Positions 63,012-64,000 of a DNA stretch of 64,000 bases are shown here, piece after piece. The DNA comes from Podospora anserina. Taxonomy: Eukaryota. How positions within the stretch are numbered: position 1 is the first letter of the stretch; each line of letters starts with the position of its first letter. Under the pieces are notes generated by a model. That model was given only the letters and a program-made list of their open reading frames with translations, had not been told where the DNA came from and did not search any database. The position numbers were made by a program, and so were the translations under genes. The stretch spans positions 2,542,001 to 2,606,000 of the forward strand of contig CM030332.1 in the NCBI GenBank assembly GCA_017654855.1, read 5' to 3'.

Positions 63012-63970
63012 TCAACGAAACAAAAAGCTTCGGATGCCCACCACCGCCTCGCGATGGAGAACCCCAACTTTAGCCCAACGACTCGCAAGCTTTTGTGACC
63101 GAGACGAAGTCTTCCCTACCGAGTCTGGAGGCGAAGTAAGCCTGTTCTCCTTCTTCAGATCTTCCCGGGACAACGACGCCTCGCTAAAATGCGACTTTTG
63201 CAAGCTCGGCCGCCGCGAGCTGTTCGTAGACGGCTGCAGTACACCCACCATCGGTGTACAAGGCCGTGACTGGTTCCTTTCTCCCCCGTAAAAGACTGAT
63301 GTGCGTGTCGTTGTTTCGGCCGTGATATCGCCGACCCGTTCCTTTGCCGTCGTCGTTGCGAAAACCTCCGTCGCGGTCGACTCCCACTGTTGTTCTGGCC
63401 CCGTTGCCAGCAAAAAGGAGCTGCTTCTCTCTGCTTCATCAGGAATGACCGAGAGAAAAGACATACATTCATCTTCTGACCTCCCACGTACTGATGTCGT
63501 TGTTGCCATCATCGCCGCCGTTTGGACAACACCACCCTCCTTGTTATTTCGCGTTGTCACCTCCTCCTCGGTGGTAACATTCTTTTGCAAGCTTGCAAGG
63601 CTTGCGGAACGTTTCGTAAAACTACTCGCGATACTCACGACGCTTAACTTCCGCATGACTGACGAGGCCGACGACCTAACAAGGTGCTCGCTCCTGGATC
63701 GGGCAGTTATCCCGGGAAAGGGCAGTATGTCCCGGGTCCACACATCCGACATGAGAGCCTCGAGCCGGGCCCTTTCACCACGGGAAGGCGCCAACACCGG
63801 GATACGGTGGTTTGTGGCCAACAGGGACTGCGATCGGTTGATTTGAGCGCTGTAGCTCGCTGTCGGCACATCCTTGATGACGCTCGTGTTTTTGAGAATG
63901 ACTTGACACAAAGGAGATCTTGGCCCCACCGTCGTTGCTCGGTGTATCGATATTCTTCTGGCAATGGTTC
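63012..63970 (-). CDS. Last exon of a gene starting beyond the window; possibly the C-terminus of a DH-domain Rho GEF-like protein
   Basis: Acceptor CAG ending at 63971, then TIARRISIHRATTVGPRSPLCQVILKNT..INRSQSLL..ERARLEALMSDVW; family call from memory, DH domain not in window. Confidence 0.55.
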
Positions 63971-64000
63971 CTGTTTTGTCATGAGTAACTGCCCACGATA

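Noticed and set aside
1-64000. tRNA, 5S rRNA, CRISPR arrays, intact transposons
   Set aside because: No cloverleaf with A/B boxes, 5S signature, spaced repeats, transposase or RT motifs, LTRs or TIRs noticed by eye.

Overview
Eukaryotic, intron-containing DNA from a filamentous ascomycete (inference: Sordariales, Podospora-like; ~50-60 nt introns with CTAAC/CTGAC branch sites). About 23 protein-coding genes plus one pseudogene. Most are housekeeping: synaptojanin-like 5-phosphatase, PRP39, CCP1, a peroxisomal 4CL-like ligase, ATP11, an MFS transporter, a C2H2+Zn2Cys6 transcription factor, an amino-acid permease, MNS1, ATG10, U2B''/U1A, ARC40, polo kinase, OPA3, NoxD/Pro41 and an RTC3/SBDS-like gene. 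There are two fungal NLR loci: an intact NACHT-ankyrin gene and a Goodbye-TPR-zinc-finger pseudogene lacking its NACHT domain. The most striking unexplained signal is the 418-nt second intron of the RTC3-like gene (61061-61478), whose GC-rich core can fold into two complete, mutually exclusive multi-stem structures (candidate bistable RNA switch). Also notable: a candidate poison exon in the long PRP39 intron, a small SPO16/ERCC1-like gene, two GC-AG introns, and recurrent kb-scale C/A-to-G/T skew flips. No tRNA, rRNA, CRISPR array or intact transposon was recognised. Gene models and base pairings were derived by eye; family names are from recalled motifs, not database searches.
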